64,000 nucleotides of DNA from NCBI GenBank assembly GCA_964016885.1, contig OZ024747.1, forward strand, positions 66,030,001 to 66,094,000, in the 5' to 3' direction. Below are positions 63,520 through 64,000 of this stretch, in pieces. A program made the position numbers and the translations under genes. The notes under the pieces were generated by a model that was not told where the DNA came from, did not search any database, and saw only the letters and a list, made by a program, of their open reading frames with translations. Source of the stretch: Eledone cirrhosa (Eukaryota). How positions within the stretch are numbered: position 1 is the first letter of the stretch; each line of letters opens with the position of its first letter.

Positions 63520-63833
63520 AGTATCGGTAGAGCGTCAGACACCATACTTTACAGCATAGAGTTATGGCCCTTTACAGCTTGAGTTCAAATCCCGCTGAGG
63601 TTAGCTTTGTCTTTCATCCTTACGGGGTCGATAAAATAAAGCATTAGTAATGCACTGGGGTCGATTTAATCGACTTTTCCTTCTCCCCAAATTGCTGGCC
63701 TTGTGCCTAAATCAGAAACCATTCATCAATATTCAGTGGCACAGAATTGGTAGAGCGTCGGACACCGTGCTTCATGATATAGAGTTACGTCCCTTTACGT
63801 TCTGATTTCAAATTCCACTGAAGTTAGCTTTGC
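63520..63833 (+). mobile_element. Two tandem family 2 SINEs (63520-63722 and 63735-63833)
   Basis: B box and central domain as above. Confidence 0.82.
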
Positions 63834-63917
63834 AGGCTCTTCCATTGGTCAAACGACTATAACATTTGTCGTCAGAACCGAGTGAGCACCAGCAACTTTA
63901 CTCACAATATGGAGTGA

Positions 63918-64000
63918 TCTATATATCTAAAACAGAGAATGTCTGTCTGTCTGTCTGTCTGACTCCCTAAAACTCGAGAACCACCCAACCGATTGTTTTC
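63918..64000 (+). mobile_element. 5' end of a non-autonomous Helitron, running off the window
   Basis: A|TCTATATATCTAAAACAGAGAATGTCTGTC, similar to the 5' end of the 20.4-20.8 kb Helitron. Confidence 0.55.

Overview
Eukaryotic, repeat-saturated non-coding DNA with no recognisable host gene. Dense (TA)n/(CA)n/(GA)n microsatellites and the two tRNA-derived SINE families suggest a cephalopod such as Octopus (inference). The window holds truncated retroelements (R4/Dong-like, Tx1/L1-like, RTE, CR1, several Penelope-like elements [PLEs]), non-autonomous Helitrons and MITE remnants. The strongest signal is RNA-structural: more than a dozen type I hammerhead ribozyme (HHR) motifs from about ten unrelated families. 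Many sit in a shared architecture: an asymmetric fold-back (inverted) duplication inserted in a microsatellite, in which one arm has an extra ~65-170 nt 3' tail and the turn-around often lies at or inside the ribozyme. One family is physically linked to an RT+GIY-YIG PLE ORF (34.8-39.0 kb). A tandem 317-nt repeat with a complete HHR (1.37-1.93 kb) looks like a non-LTR retrozyme. Everything was read by eye, so coordinates are approximate to a few bases.
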